Source: a bacterium
Lineage (GTDB): Bacteria; Patescibacteriota; Minisyncoccia; UBA6257; GWB1-50-10
Reading direction: 5' to 3'
Length of the DNA stretch: 64,000 nt
Assembly (NCBI GenBank): GCA_002686365.1
Contig: NZBZ01000018.1
Span: forward strand, 32,286 to 96,285
The number at the start of each line of letters is the position of its first letter. Position 1 is the stretch's first letter. Under the pieces are notes generated by a model, which was not told the DNA's origin, ran no database searches, and saw nothing but the letters and a program-made list of their open reading frames with translations. Below, in pieces: positions 38,653 through 47,046 of this stretch. Position numbers and translations under genes: made by a program.

Positions 38653-40263
38653 TTACGAGTCTCTTTGGCGCGACTCCTCTCTCCATGTCATGTATTCCGA
38701 GCTTTGCATGAGCTCAGGAAGATACTTCGTCCTGCACCAGTGGAGTAGCCACCCTCCTTGTCCTGTTTCCAGAGAGATCTCTTCGTGAGCCTCAGGCTGC
38801 ACCTCCTGAAACTCTCTTATCTCTCCTTCCCAGAGCACGAGGGCGTTCGTTCCAGGATTGTAGGAGGATATTTCCTCGATATGCGTAAGGAGGACTCCTT
38901 CTTTTTGAAGCTCTGCCTCGCGCCCTCTCGCTTCCCCCTCACTTTCGAACCACTCGACCTCAGACTTTGGACATTCCGCCAGTATTCCTGCGTCTATCCA
39001 GTGCCCGTTTAGCGCCTCGTTTATCTTATCTGTGACGAAGCTGTCGCTGTTGGCCAAGAGGCTTTCTTTTGTGAAGACCTTGCGATCCCATAGCCACTTG
39101 ATGACTAGAGTTGCGAGAAAGTGCTCGAGTGTTCGAGTTGTTGGGTTCGCATAGACGCTCTTGATGAGGCGTGCCCGCAAACGCAGGAAGTGCTCAAATC
39201 GCGAAACGTCTGTAACTACGGCCTTGTCCTCTATCACTTGCACAGAATCCCAGCATCCGCACACGCAAGGCGTGGTGCTTATCATGTGCTCAATGCTGTG
39301 GTCGTAGCCTACACTTACGTTCTGACAGCTGCAGTACGCGACTGCGTCTCCGCCCACATAGGCGAATCGATCAGCAAGATTAAGTATCTCGCCGAGTATC
39401 CCTTGCCCCTGGATCGTGTCAATCACACGTTCGGCAGAGATATTGAGCAACTGCAGTCTTGCAGCATGCTGCCAAATGAGAGGGACACAGGTTTCTTCCT
39501 CATCCAGCTCCTCTCCGACTGCCATCTTGGTCGTGTCTCCGCCAGCTGGAGTTGTAATGTCGTGGAGCACAGCCGCTGCCTCAAGGACCCTCATGTCCTC
39601 CTCAGAGAGGCCGCTGTTCGCTCCGATGAGCACTGCAATTCCAACCACAGAAAGCGTGTGTACCAGCCGTGTGTGAGAGAAGAGCATTCTACTCTCTGTC
39701 TCTTCCCTCTCCATCCTCACCATAACGCCGGCAAGAAATCCTAGTTGCCGGATTTCTCTTAAGCGCCATCCATCAAAGAGGGTTAGTAGCTGCTCTGTAA
39801 GTCCCCCTCGGTGGAAGATGCATCCGGTTCCTGTAAGAGGGAAGGTTGGAACGATCTGACTTGGATCTTCCGTTTCTATGAGCGCATGCGACTGACGCAG
39901 ATGCCTTCTCAGTACTCCCGGAAGCTCTTCTGTCCAAGGCGGCTCATCGCCTTTATTCTCTTCTCTGTTCCTGAGGTAGGCGTTTTCGACAATGATGATT
40001 TGCAGTATACTACTTGTTTTTTCTGCTTTCTCATCATTAACGATTTTCCGCCACACTTCACAAGAAATCGCGTCTATCCAGTCTTTCATAGAACGCGCTT
40101 CTTGTGCTGTAATCTGCGGTATAAAGGTTATATCTTCGATTCGTACGCATTTCTCAAAGCCTTGTGCCATATACATGCCATATTCTCCTTGAAAAGTGCT
40201 AAAAACGAGCCTTTCTATAGGCATTTTAGGTATACCAGTCCTCCTTTCTTTCGTCAAAGTCAC
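38653..40263 (-). CDS. HD-domain phosphohydrolase-superfamily protein (536 aa) with a large uncharacterised C-terminal region; GC-rich
   Basis: H..H...LHD..D pattern (FSHTRLVHTLSV ... AAAVLHDITTPAGGD); no specific subfamily recognised. Confidence 0.5.
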   Translation of the reverse strand: MTLTKERRTGIPKMPIERLVFSTFQGEYGMYMAQGFEKCVRIEDITFIPQITAQEARSMKDWIDAISCEVWRKIVNDEKAEKTSSILQIIIVENAYLRNREENKGDEPPWTEELPGVLRRHLRQSHALIETEDPSQIVPTFPLTGTGCIFHRGGLTEQLLTLFDGWRLREIRQLGFLAGVMVRMEREETESRMLFSHTRLVHTLSVVGIAVLIGANSGLSEEDMRVLEAAAVLHDITTPAGGDTTKMAVGEELDEEETCVPLIWQHAARLQLLNISAERVIDTIQGQGILGEILNLADRFAYVGGDAVAYCSCQNVSVGYDHSIEHMISTTPCVCGCWDSVQVIEDKAVVTDVSRFEHFLRLRARLIKSVYANPTTRTLEHFLATLVIKWLWDRKVFTKESLLANSDSFVTDKINEALNGHWIDAGILAECPKSEVEWFESEGEARGREAELQKEGVLLTHIEEISSYNPGTNALVLWEGEIREFQEVQPEAHEEISLETGQGGWLLHWCRTKYLPELMQSSEYMTWREESRQRDS

Positions 40264-40333
40264 TGCCTTTTTTCTTTTGCTATTCTAATATTCTTGAGAA
40301 TTTGAGAATAGCTGGGATTAGAATTTCTTTGCA

Positions 40334-40363
40334 ACAAAAAAGGAGCGCGTGGATGTGCGCCCC
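40334..40363 (-). terminator. Intrinsic terminator T1 (GGGGCGCACAUCCACGCGCUCC + U6 on minus) after paralog P1
   Basis: This is one of three near-identical copies at 40334, 40767 and 41108. Confidence 0.7.
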
Positions 40364-40402
40364 AATGGATTCGATGGTTGAAAAGGTGATGGTCGTCTGT
40401 AG

Positions 40403-40663
40403 TCATCTGGAAGTCGTGCGTTGGGCTCGGTATCCCCTCGGAATGGTGGCGAAAATACCGAAAACTCCCACCACAAACAACCCACCAGAAATGCTCAGCT
40501 TCCACTTATGCGATGCTATTACCTCACTCAACTCTTGCCCGCCATGAGTCATCAGATACAGCAGGAAGAATAGTGAAAATAAGGCGAGGATCAAAGAAGC
40601 CACGTTCGCTAATCTCAGCGTTCTCCCTGATACTCCAGCCCGCAGGAGTGCATTATGCAGCAC
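40403..40663 (-). CDS. Small membrane protein paralog P1 (MLHNALLRAGVSGRTLR..., 2 TM)
   Basis: It is paralogous to the ORFs at 40821 and 41179; these share an N-terminal (M/V)L(H/L)N.L.R.GVS...TLR motif followed by TM helices. Confidence 0.5.
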   Translation of the reverse strand: MLHNALLRAGVSGRTLRLANVASLILALFSLFFLLYLMTHGGQELSEVIASHKWKLSISGGLFVVGVFGIFATIPRGYRAQRTTSR

Positions 40664-40708
40664 GCGATCGCCCCCCTCAGCTTGATTCCTGTATCGAACT
40701 CACGCTGT

Positions 40709-40746
40709 CTATTTTATACCCCTATTTTGCGAAAAAACCAAGTTTC
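40709..40746 (-). promoter_or_regulatory. Conserved promoter (minus strand: TTGGTT-N17-TATAAAAT preceded by GGGG) for P1
   Basis: The same ~38-nt block occurs at 41920..41962 and a variant at 51010..51042. Confidence 0.5.
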
Positions 40747-40766
40747 TTTATTTTTAACTTTTTTCA

Positions 40767-40796
40767 ACAAAAAAGGGGCGCATGGATGTGCGCCCC
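40767..40796 (-). terminator. Intrinsic terminator T2 after paralog P2
   Basis: Near-identical to T1 and T3. Confidence 0.7.
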
Positions 40797-40820
40797 AATG
40801 GATTGACGAGTATCTGCTTC

Positions 40821-41050
40821 TCACTTTCTGGGCTTGAGGGTGCGTTTTGCGCCTAAAAGTCCCACCACAATCACTGTTCCCGAGACAATCAGTGTCCAAG
40901 GGAACAATATCTCATCTGGCCCTGGGCCGAATGCTGCTCTAGGCAGCGCAAAGGCTAGTGCCGCAAAGGCACAAATGAGACAGATCGTATTTGCTCGCGT
41001 CAGTACTTTCTCTGAGGCTCTCCTTCGCCAGAATATGTTGAGCAACACGC
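40821..41050 (-). CDS. Small membrane protein paralog P2 (likely GTG start: VLLNIFWRRRASEKVLTRAN...)
   Basis: Paralogy with P1 and P3. The ORF-track start at 41111 lies inside terminator T3, so an internal start is preferred. Confidence 0.4.
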
Positions 41051-41107
41051 GACGTCTCCTGTCATCCTGTTGGAGGTCTCTGCTGACCTCGCTCTGTCTT
41101 ATATTAT

Positions 41108-41137
41108 ACAAAAAAGGAGCGCGTGGATGTGCGCCCC
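41108..41137 (-). terminator. Intrinsic terminator T3 after paralog P3
   Basis: Near-identical to T1 and T2. Confidence 0.7.
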
Positions 41138-41178
41138 AATGAATTTGACGATCAGGAAGGCTGCTGTCATCGAGGAGG

Positions 41179-41604
41179 TCATGCGAGATTCACGCTTGTC
41201 TTCCAAGTCGTGGGCACGAGACCAATAACTCCCGCGCACATCAACCTCCAAACAATGAAGAACGCCTTGTCGAATTCCCCTTTCGTTTGTGGGTCTATTA
41301 ATGACGTCAATATCACGCAGAGCATCGCAATAGAGGCGCCAAAGGACAGGATGAAGAAAATCGTGCCCAGCGCTATCATGAGTTTCGAGGTCGTAAGGAT
41401 GGCGCCAATAGTCCCTACCACAATCAATGCCCCGAAGAAACTCTGTAAGCAGTGGAGCAGTATGGCGTATTGCCCCTGTTGGTCACCACTCACCAACATC
41501 AGAAATGGGACTATTGATACCCCAGTAGCGATTATGAAGGTCAAGGTCATTGACCTTAGCGTCCCTCTAGACACTCCTCGCCGCAGGAGAATTTTGTGCA
41601 GCAT
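41179..41604 (-). CDS. Membrane protein paralog P3 (MLHKILLRRGVSRGTLR..., 4 TM); the ORF-track N-terminal extension is probably not translated
   Basis: Paralogy with P1 and P2. Confidence 0.45.
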   Translation of the reverse strand: MLHKILLRRGVSRGTLRSMTLTFIIATGVSIVPFLMLVSGDQQGQYAILLHCLQSFFGALIVVGTIGAILTTSKLMIALGTIFFILSFGASIAMLCVILTSLIDPQTKGEFDKAFFIVWRLMCAGVIGLVPTTWKTSVNLA

Positions 41605-41654
41605 GCGATCACCCCCTCTCTTCTCTTGTGGGCTTGAAGATTGAGACGGATCAC

Positions 41655-41873
41655 CTAAGTTAATGAGCCACCTAATCTTGGTTTGTGAGACACGTAGATC
41701 ATTATAGATCCAAGTGCCCCCACCAAGAACAATCCTACCATGGCATACGCCAATACAGGTGGCATCACTGGTAGTTCTGCTGCCTCTTGGCCAGAAGAGC
41801 ATATGATACTCGATATATATCCTGCCGGCACCGCGCCCATGGTGAAGAAGGTCCTAAAAAGTATTCTTCGCAT
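41655..41873 (-). CDS. Small membrane protein (2 TM) downstream of a copy of the conserved promoter
   Basis: ORF plus promoter motif copy at 41920..41962. Confidence 0.35.
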   Translation of the reverse strand: MRRILFRTFFTMGAVPAGYISSIICSSGQEAAELPVMPPVLAYAMVGLFLVGALGSIMIYVSHKPRLGGSLT

Positions 41874-42218
41874 TCTTCTGATGCCTTCCTCTTTTTTGTT
41901 TTGCCCTGCCCCCCACTACTTATTTTATACCTCTATTTTGTTGAAAAACCAAGCTCTTCTCCCAAACTTCAATGTATCAGTGTACTAGTACACTGATACA
42001 TGGGCAAAGAGATGGTTGGGGTTATTGCAAAACTTTTCTGCAGGTGCAGAATTTGCCGAGTTGGCAAATGTTTAAATTGGAGACAGTATCGGGATTCAGA
42101 AGAATAAGAGTGCGTTCTAGTATTTTCACGATGCCCTCCTCTCTACCGTGCTGCCGTGTTAATCTACGCTTCTAAGCTGCCCCTAAAATACAATATTAAG
42201 GTGCTGATGTCAAGTATC

Positions 42219-42743
42219 TTAGTACTCTACCCCCTTTCTTGCCCTTGTGCCTTTTTGATAGGGGTGTTTTATTTCTTTGCACTCTGTTGCAAGGTCAGCT
42301 TGGTTTATAAATTCTTTTGGAGCATACCTGCCAGTTAAGATTACATCCATGTCTTCAGGAATGCTTTTTATAAGTTTTTGCACCTGTGCTTTTGTTAAAA
42401 GCTTCAGATACAAAGCTACCCAGAGCTCATCAAGAATTACGAGGTCATACTTCCCTCCCTGCATTGCTCTCCTTCCCTTTTCAAATGTGTCTTGGGCAGC
42501 TTTTTTGTGGACGCTTTTTGGAAGCTTGTCTCCTAAAATTCCCACAAATCCTTTACCACCCTTCACATAAAGAAATTTCTTTCCAAACTTTTTCTTTAAT
42601 ATCTCATCCTCGCCGCTTGGATAGGTCTTTGATTTAATAAACTGAAACATTGCAACGCGCTTGCCCTGCCCTAAGGCGCGTATGCCCTGTCCAATTGAAG
42701 AGGTTGTCTTGCCCTTACCATTTCCTGTGATAATTATGAGCAT
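42219..42743 (-). CDS. cobO: Cob(I)alamin adenosyltransferase (CobO/BtuR-type)
   Basis: The N-terminal GNGKGKTT P-loop and the ~175 aa length match. Confidence 0.8.
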   Translation of the reverse strand: MLIIITGNGKGKTTSSIGQGIRALGQGKRVAMFQFIKSKTYPSGEDEILKKKFGKKFLYVKGGKGFVGILGDKLPKSVHKKAAQDTFEKGRRAMQGGKYDLVILDELWVALYLKLLTKAQVQKLIKSIPEDMDVILTGRYAPKEFINQADLATECKEIKHPYQKGTRARKGVEY

Positions 42744-42805
42744 AATTTAGATGACAACTACAACGGATTATTGCCGCTTTAGTGTTATTTCTATTATTTC
42801 TGATC

Positions 42806-45379
42806 CTAGACGCAAAGCCCCCATCCGCAGGATGGGCATTTCAAACATCCTTCTGCTCTTACGAGCTTTGTACTGCATTTTGGACAGCTGGTAGGCGTTC
42901 CTCCATTTCCATTGCCGCCTCCTGAAGGCTTTATCTGGCCTTCTTCCGGCACACTCTCTTCTTTCTTTGCCGGAGTTGAAAGTACCTGATCCTTGATTGA
43001 TGAGTCACGAAATACAGTTACATCCTTACATCCAAGTTTGTATGCGAGAAGGTATGCTTTTTTCATATCCTCTACTGTTGCGTCTTTCGGGAAGTTAGTT
43101 GTTTTTGAAATTGATGAGTCTGTCCATTTTTGGAATATTCCAAGGGTCTCAATGTGGCTCTCTGGAGTGAGGTCGTACGCAACTCGGAAGACTTTCTTTA
43201 TGACTGACGGAAGGTATGGAATTTTTTGAAGGCTTCCTCTGTGCTCTGAAATATCCTTCATGAGCGCTTCGTCATAGACACCAAACTCTTTCATTGCTAT
43301 TTCAAACTCCTCATCAATGTAGTAGAAACTTCCTACCGCAACATTTTTCTCAAATACCAGACTGAATACCGGCTCGATGCCTGATGAGGTGCCGGCAATC
43401 ATGGAGATTGAACCGGTTGGCGCGATTACCGTGGTATATCCATTTCGTATTCCGTGCTTTTTCACCTCTCTTGAAATCTCCCTCCAATCAAAGTCCCATG
43501 ATTTTTTATCGTGGAATCCTGCGATTGGGAGCTTGCCCTCTGTGTAGAAACTCTTTCTATAATATGGGAGTGGGCCTCGTTTCTTTGCAAGCTCTATTGA
43601 TGCAACCTTTGACCAGTAGTTTACAAACTGCATCAGCTTTTCCATAAACTTCAGTCCCTCTTTTGAGTCGTACGGAATGCGAAGAGCAAAGAGTGTGTCT
43701 GCAACACCCATGACACCGAGCCCAATCTTTCTTGTTGCCCGCGTCATGTCTTCTATTTCTTTTAGCGGGAAGTTATTTACGTCAATTACATTGTCTAACA
43801 ACTCGCATCCTGTCATAACTGCCTCTTTCAATCCATCCCAGTCAAATTTTGTTGTCCTATCTCCATTTCTATATACAAATGCGTGAACATTCACGCTTCC
43901 TAAGTTGCATGACTCGTTTGGATAAAGAAGTACCTCGCCGCATGGATTTGTAGTTACAATCGGACCAAGGTGCTTTAAGAATGGATTGTACTCATTTACC
44001 TTGTCTGAAAAGATAATCCCCGGCTCTGCTGATTCCCATGCCTGATAGACAATTAAATCGAATAGGGTGCGGGCGCTTATATGACGCGCTACCTCTCCTG
44101 TTCTTGGATTTATCAAAGGATAGTCCTTGTCTTTTTCGTAATACTTCCAGAAGTCATCTGTGAGAAGTACTGATATATTGAAGTTTTTGAGAGCCTTATT
44201 CCCTCCCTTTGCCTTTACGAACTTCTCTATGTCCGGATGATTAGAGTTCAAAATCCCCATATTTGCTCCTCTCCTAATGCCGCCCTGCTTTATCACCTCT
44301 GTCATTCTGTCGAACATGCTCATAAAGGTAATCGGCCCTGAGGCAGTCCCTGAAGTGCTTTTCACCCTATCTCCTTCAGGGCGCAGGTTTGAGAAGTTAT
44401 ATCCAACTCCTCCTCCTGCCTTAAAGATGTAGGCAGCATTTGTTAACGTATTCATAATGCTCTCCATTGAGTCTTCAAGACCCAATACAAAGCAGGCGCT
44501 TCCCATCCCAAGAGATCTTCCAAAGTTAGCAATGGCAGGCGTGTTTGGCAGAAACTTCCTATCTTTCATTACGTTGAAAAAGGACTCTATTCCTTTTTCA
44601 TGTACTGGAGAAGTTTTTCTTGCCTGAAGCATTCTCAGCGTTCTGCTCCAGGAATATTTCATATTGCGATCGTTATTCAGACGATCGTACGCAAGCTTTA
44701 GTCCTTCGAGATGAAATTCATTTAATACATACTCTCCAATTTGTATTTTTCCAACATATGACTTTGGCTTGAACGGCTCTTCTTCAAATGGCTCCTTTTG
44801 TCTTCTCTTTTGAAAAAACTTTTGGTCGTATAAAAGTGTTGGAAGGTAGCTGTGGATTGCTACGCGAGTGAAAAGTTCTTTTGGAGTTTCGATTACTTTT
44901 CCATCTTCATTTTTATCGAGGTATCTGGACTTTAGGACTCGGAGAGAGTTTACATCAAATGCTTTATCAACTTCATCAATCGTATCCTTCTCCAGAATCT
45001 GCTTTTTTTCGTTTCTGAGCTCTGTGCGTACCTGACGATACATGATATAACAGCGAGCAAGACGTACTTCTCCTGCTTCTATTAAAACTTTTTCTACTAC
45101 ATCCTGTACACCCTCTACCGTGGGTATTCTTTTAGACGAATAAACCTTCTCAAGCTCTTTGGCTACCTTGTTTGCGTAAGAGTCAGCCTTCTTTTCGTCC
45201 TCCACCCCCAGACTTGCCATTGCTTTAAAGATTGCAGCGGCAACTTTTTCTTTATGGAATGGAACCACAGTGCCATCACGCTTTTTAATCTTCGTGATGG
45301 AGATATTTTTCTTTACTCTCTTTCGACTTTGCGTTCTCTTTCTCTTTTTTTGCGCCTGAGCTTTCCTTTTTTGTGCCAT
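42806..45379 (-). CDS. nrdJ: Adenosylcobalamin-dependent (class II) ribonucleotide reductase with K/R-rich N-terminal extension and ATP-cone
   Basis: Active-site NPCGE, a C-terminal zinc ribbon CPKCS..CLKCPSCGWGLC typical of NrdJ, and ~857 aa in length. Confidence 0.85.
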   Translation of the reverse strand: MAQKRKAQAQKKRKRTQSRKRVKKNISITKIKKRDGTVVPFHKEKVAAAIFKAMASLGVEDEKKADSYANKVAKELEKVYSSKRIPTVEGVQDVVEKVLIEAGEVRLARCYIMYRQVRTELRNEKKQILEKDTIDEVDKAFDVNSLRVLKSRYLDKNEDGKVIETPKELFTRVAIHSYLPTLLYDQKFFQKRRQKEPFEEEPFKPKSYVGKIQIGEYVLNEFHLEGLKLAYDRLNNDRNMKYSWSRTLRMLQARKTSPVHEKGIESFFNVMKDRKFLPNTPAIANFGRSLGMGSACFVLGLEDSMESIMNTLTNAAYIFKAGGGVGYNFSNLRPEGDRVKSTSGTASGPITFMSMFDRMTEVIKQGGIRRGANMGILNSNHPDIEKFVKAKGGNKALKNFNISVLLTDDFWKYYEKDKDYPLINPRTGEVARHISARTLFDLIVYQAWESAEPGIIFSDKVNEYNPFLKHLGPIVTTNPCGEVLLYPNESCNLGSVNVHAFVYRNGDRTTKFDWDGLKEAVMTGCELLDNVIDVNNFPLKEIEDMTRATRKIGLGVMGVADTLFALRIPYDSKEGLKFMEKLMQFVNYWSKVASIELAKKRGPLPYYRKSFYTEGKLPIAGFHDKKSWDFDWREISREVKKHGIRNGYTTVIAPTGSISMIAGTSSGIEPVFSLVFEKNVAVGSFYYIDEEFEIAMKEFGVYDEALMKDISEHRGSLQKIPYLPSVIKKVFRVAYDLTPESHIETLGIFQKWTDSSISKTTNFPKDATVEDMKKAYLLAYKLGCKDVTVFRDSSIKDQVLSTPAKKEESVPEEGQIKPSGGGNGNGGTPTSCPKCSTKLVRAEGCLKCPSCGWGLCV

Positions 45380-45392
45380 GCGAATGTATATT

Positions 45393-45971
45393 TTATTTAA
45401 ACGTATTCTTTTTGCGACTGGTTATAATTTCTTGAGGAACGGGTCGCGCGAATTTCATATAGACCCGCTTATACAATTTCTTTTCTACTATAGCATATAA
45501 TCCGAAGAAGCTTGCTGTGTATAACAGGTTGCCTGCCAAGGTGTTTCTGAAGAATGGAAGGGCCAAAGCATACGAACTCATGAGTCCTTCTATGGTTTTA
45601 GAATACCAAGGAGAAAATGCCCATACTGCTGCGTTTGTTGAGAGGAAAAAGATGACAGATCCTGCAAATGATGCTCCCACTATGCGTTCCCAAGAGGTAT
45701 TTCTTCGTATCCAGCGCCCCAAAAGGCCCATCACGAGGAAAGTTCCATATACTGCTATCATGACTCCCGGCTCGTAGAAGCCTAAGAAGAAATCTGTCAC
45801 TCCCATTACGATTAGAGGAATGATAAGGCTCCATTTATTTTTTCCATGCGCTCCTGCAAAAAGGGCAAGGGCTCCAATGGCTGCCATGTTTGGCGGGTGC
45901 GGCAGTAGGCGAAGTGCTGCGCCTATGCCTGCGTATAGCGCTAAAAATTTTGTTGTTTTGTGTATCTCCAT
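45393..45971 (-). CDS. 6-TM membrane protein, candidate ECF-type vitamin (cobalamin?) transporter S-component
   Basis: The size (~190 aa), the TM profile and the position between the DUF4430 gene and nrdJ suggest this; no diagnostic motif was found. Confidence 0.35.
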   Translation of the reverse strand: MEIHKTTKFLALYAGIGAALRLLPHPPNMAAIGALALFAGAHGKNKWSLIIPLIVMGVTDFFLGFYEPGVMIAVYGTFLVMGLLGRWIRRNTSWERIVGASFAGSVIFFLSTNAAVWAFSPWYSKTIEGLMSSYALALPFFRNTLAGNLLYTASFFGLYAIVEKKLYKRVYMKFARPVPQEIITSRKKNTFK

Positions 45972-46378
45972 ATTATCTCGTCCCCCTCTTGAGGAATATA
46001 TGAACTTGCGCCGACTTTTGCATACTCATCCCCTACCCAGTACTGCCAGTACGCGCCGTTATCTCCATTTTCTTTATCTCCAATTTTTGTGATAAGCTCT
46101 CCGAGCCCTGGGAAACTTTTGTATGACAATTGTACCTTATTTTCCTCTCCTAGTCTTTGCATAAGTTCGAAGAGAGATTCGTTTGGCTCTGACATAGGCG
46201 TAAACGATTCTACTTCTCCATCTTCGTAATCTATGACTAGACTTACCTCAACTGCCTCTTCTCTTAGCGCGGCTTCTTGTATAGTTGCTTCCTGATTTGG
46301 AGTCTCTAATGAGAGTCCTATTAGAAGTGTTGCTGCTAGTAAAACAATCAGTATTCCAAGATATGTGTTTCTTTTCAT
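45941..46378 (-). CDS. Secreted DUF4430 protein (transcobalamin/intrinsic-factor beta-domain-like)
   Basis: Signal peptide plus GAYWQYWVGDEY...GDEIIWRY, matching the DUF4430 pattern (W.Y.VNG....GD.I.W.Y). Confidence 0.55.
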   Translation of the reverse strand: MKRNTYLGILIVLLAATLLIGLSLETPNQEATIQEAALREEAVEVSLVIDYEDGEVESFTPMSEPNESLFELMQRLGEENKVQLSYKSFPGLGELITKIGDKENGDNGAYWQYWVGDEYAKVGASSYIPQEGDEIIWRYTKQQNF

Positions 46379-46480
46379 CCCTCACATAACGCACTCCAAG
46401 ATTTCTCTTGTGCGCGTATTATGTTTTCTGTCGACCTTAGGCATATTGTTTTTATTACATGGGTTATGTGAGGGATTCAT
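46376..46480. repeat. TIR element copy D
   Basis: catccctcacataac...ctgtcgacc...gttatgtgagggattcat, with ATGA at both ends. Confidence 0.65.
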
Positions 46481-47046
46481 GTTTTTTGTCTTAGTGTTTT
46501 AATGCTATAGCCCATAAGCATGATTCCGAATATAAGAAGCGCTGTTACGACCAAAGTCATCATTCCTCTGCTCTCTTTTGCATTTCCTAAGAAAGCGGCT
46601 AAGAGCGGAGATGACTCTTCTGACTTTATTATGATAGGAACTTTAACTCCTGCTCCTGCCTCAAATTCACTTTTGGATAGAGGCCTTGAGACAACAGAGA
46701 GAGTGGTTGCGTACTGTCCTTCTTTTTCCGGTGTTACGCGTATTACTACCTCCCTTTTTTCATTGCTCTCAAGAACTAGGCTCGAGGGAATGGGCTGAAT
46801 CATTTTTTCGAATTCGTCTGGATATATTTCAAACAGAGCTACTGCGGAAGACGGATTCTCGAGCATCAGTTTTTCTACTCCTCCTTTGCCTGCCTCTGTT
46901 TCTATCTCAAGACTGGAGGGAGTCACAGAAATTCCTACTGCTTCTGTTCTTAATACTCCCTGTGCGCCTACTATAGGCAGAATTAGAAGTATGATGAGTA
47001 TGTATTTCTTTGATTTTCTCATAATTACTGCGTTTGTATTGCCCAA
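46477..47046 (-). CDS. Secreted protein with C-terminal TM anchor, unknown function
   Basis: Signal peptide and a C-terminal hydrophobic helix followed by basic residues. Confidence 0.45.
   Translation of the reverse strand: MGNTNAVIMRKSKKYILIILLILPIVGAQGVLRTEAVGISVTPSSLEIETEAGKGGVEKLMLENPSSAVALFEIYPDEFEKMIQPIPSSLVLESNEKREVVIRVTPEKEGQYATTLSVVSRPLSKSEFEAGAGVKVPIIIKSEESSPLLAAFLGNAKESRGMMTLVVTALLIFGIMLMGYSIKTLRQKT

Noticed and set aside
40334-41137. Three near-identical ~30-bp repeats with ~340-430 bp spacing that at first glance resemble a short CRISPR-like array
   Set aside because: Each is a hairpin followed by a U-run on the minus strand and sits 40-60 nt after the stop of a paralogous gene, so they are duplicated intrinsic terminators. 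The spacers are coding sequences and no cas genes are adjacent.
25368-46480. Short ORFs starting at the element-internal ATGAATCCCTCACATAAC (MNPSHN...) as real small proteins
   Set aside because: Apart from the arm-encoded first six residues the translations are not conserved between copies, and copy B stops after 7 codons.
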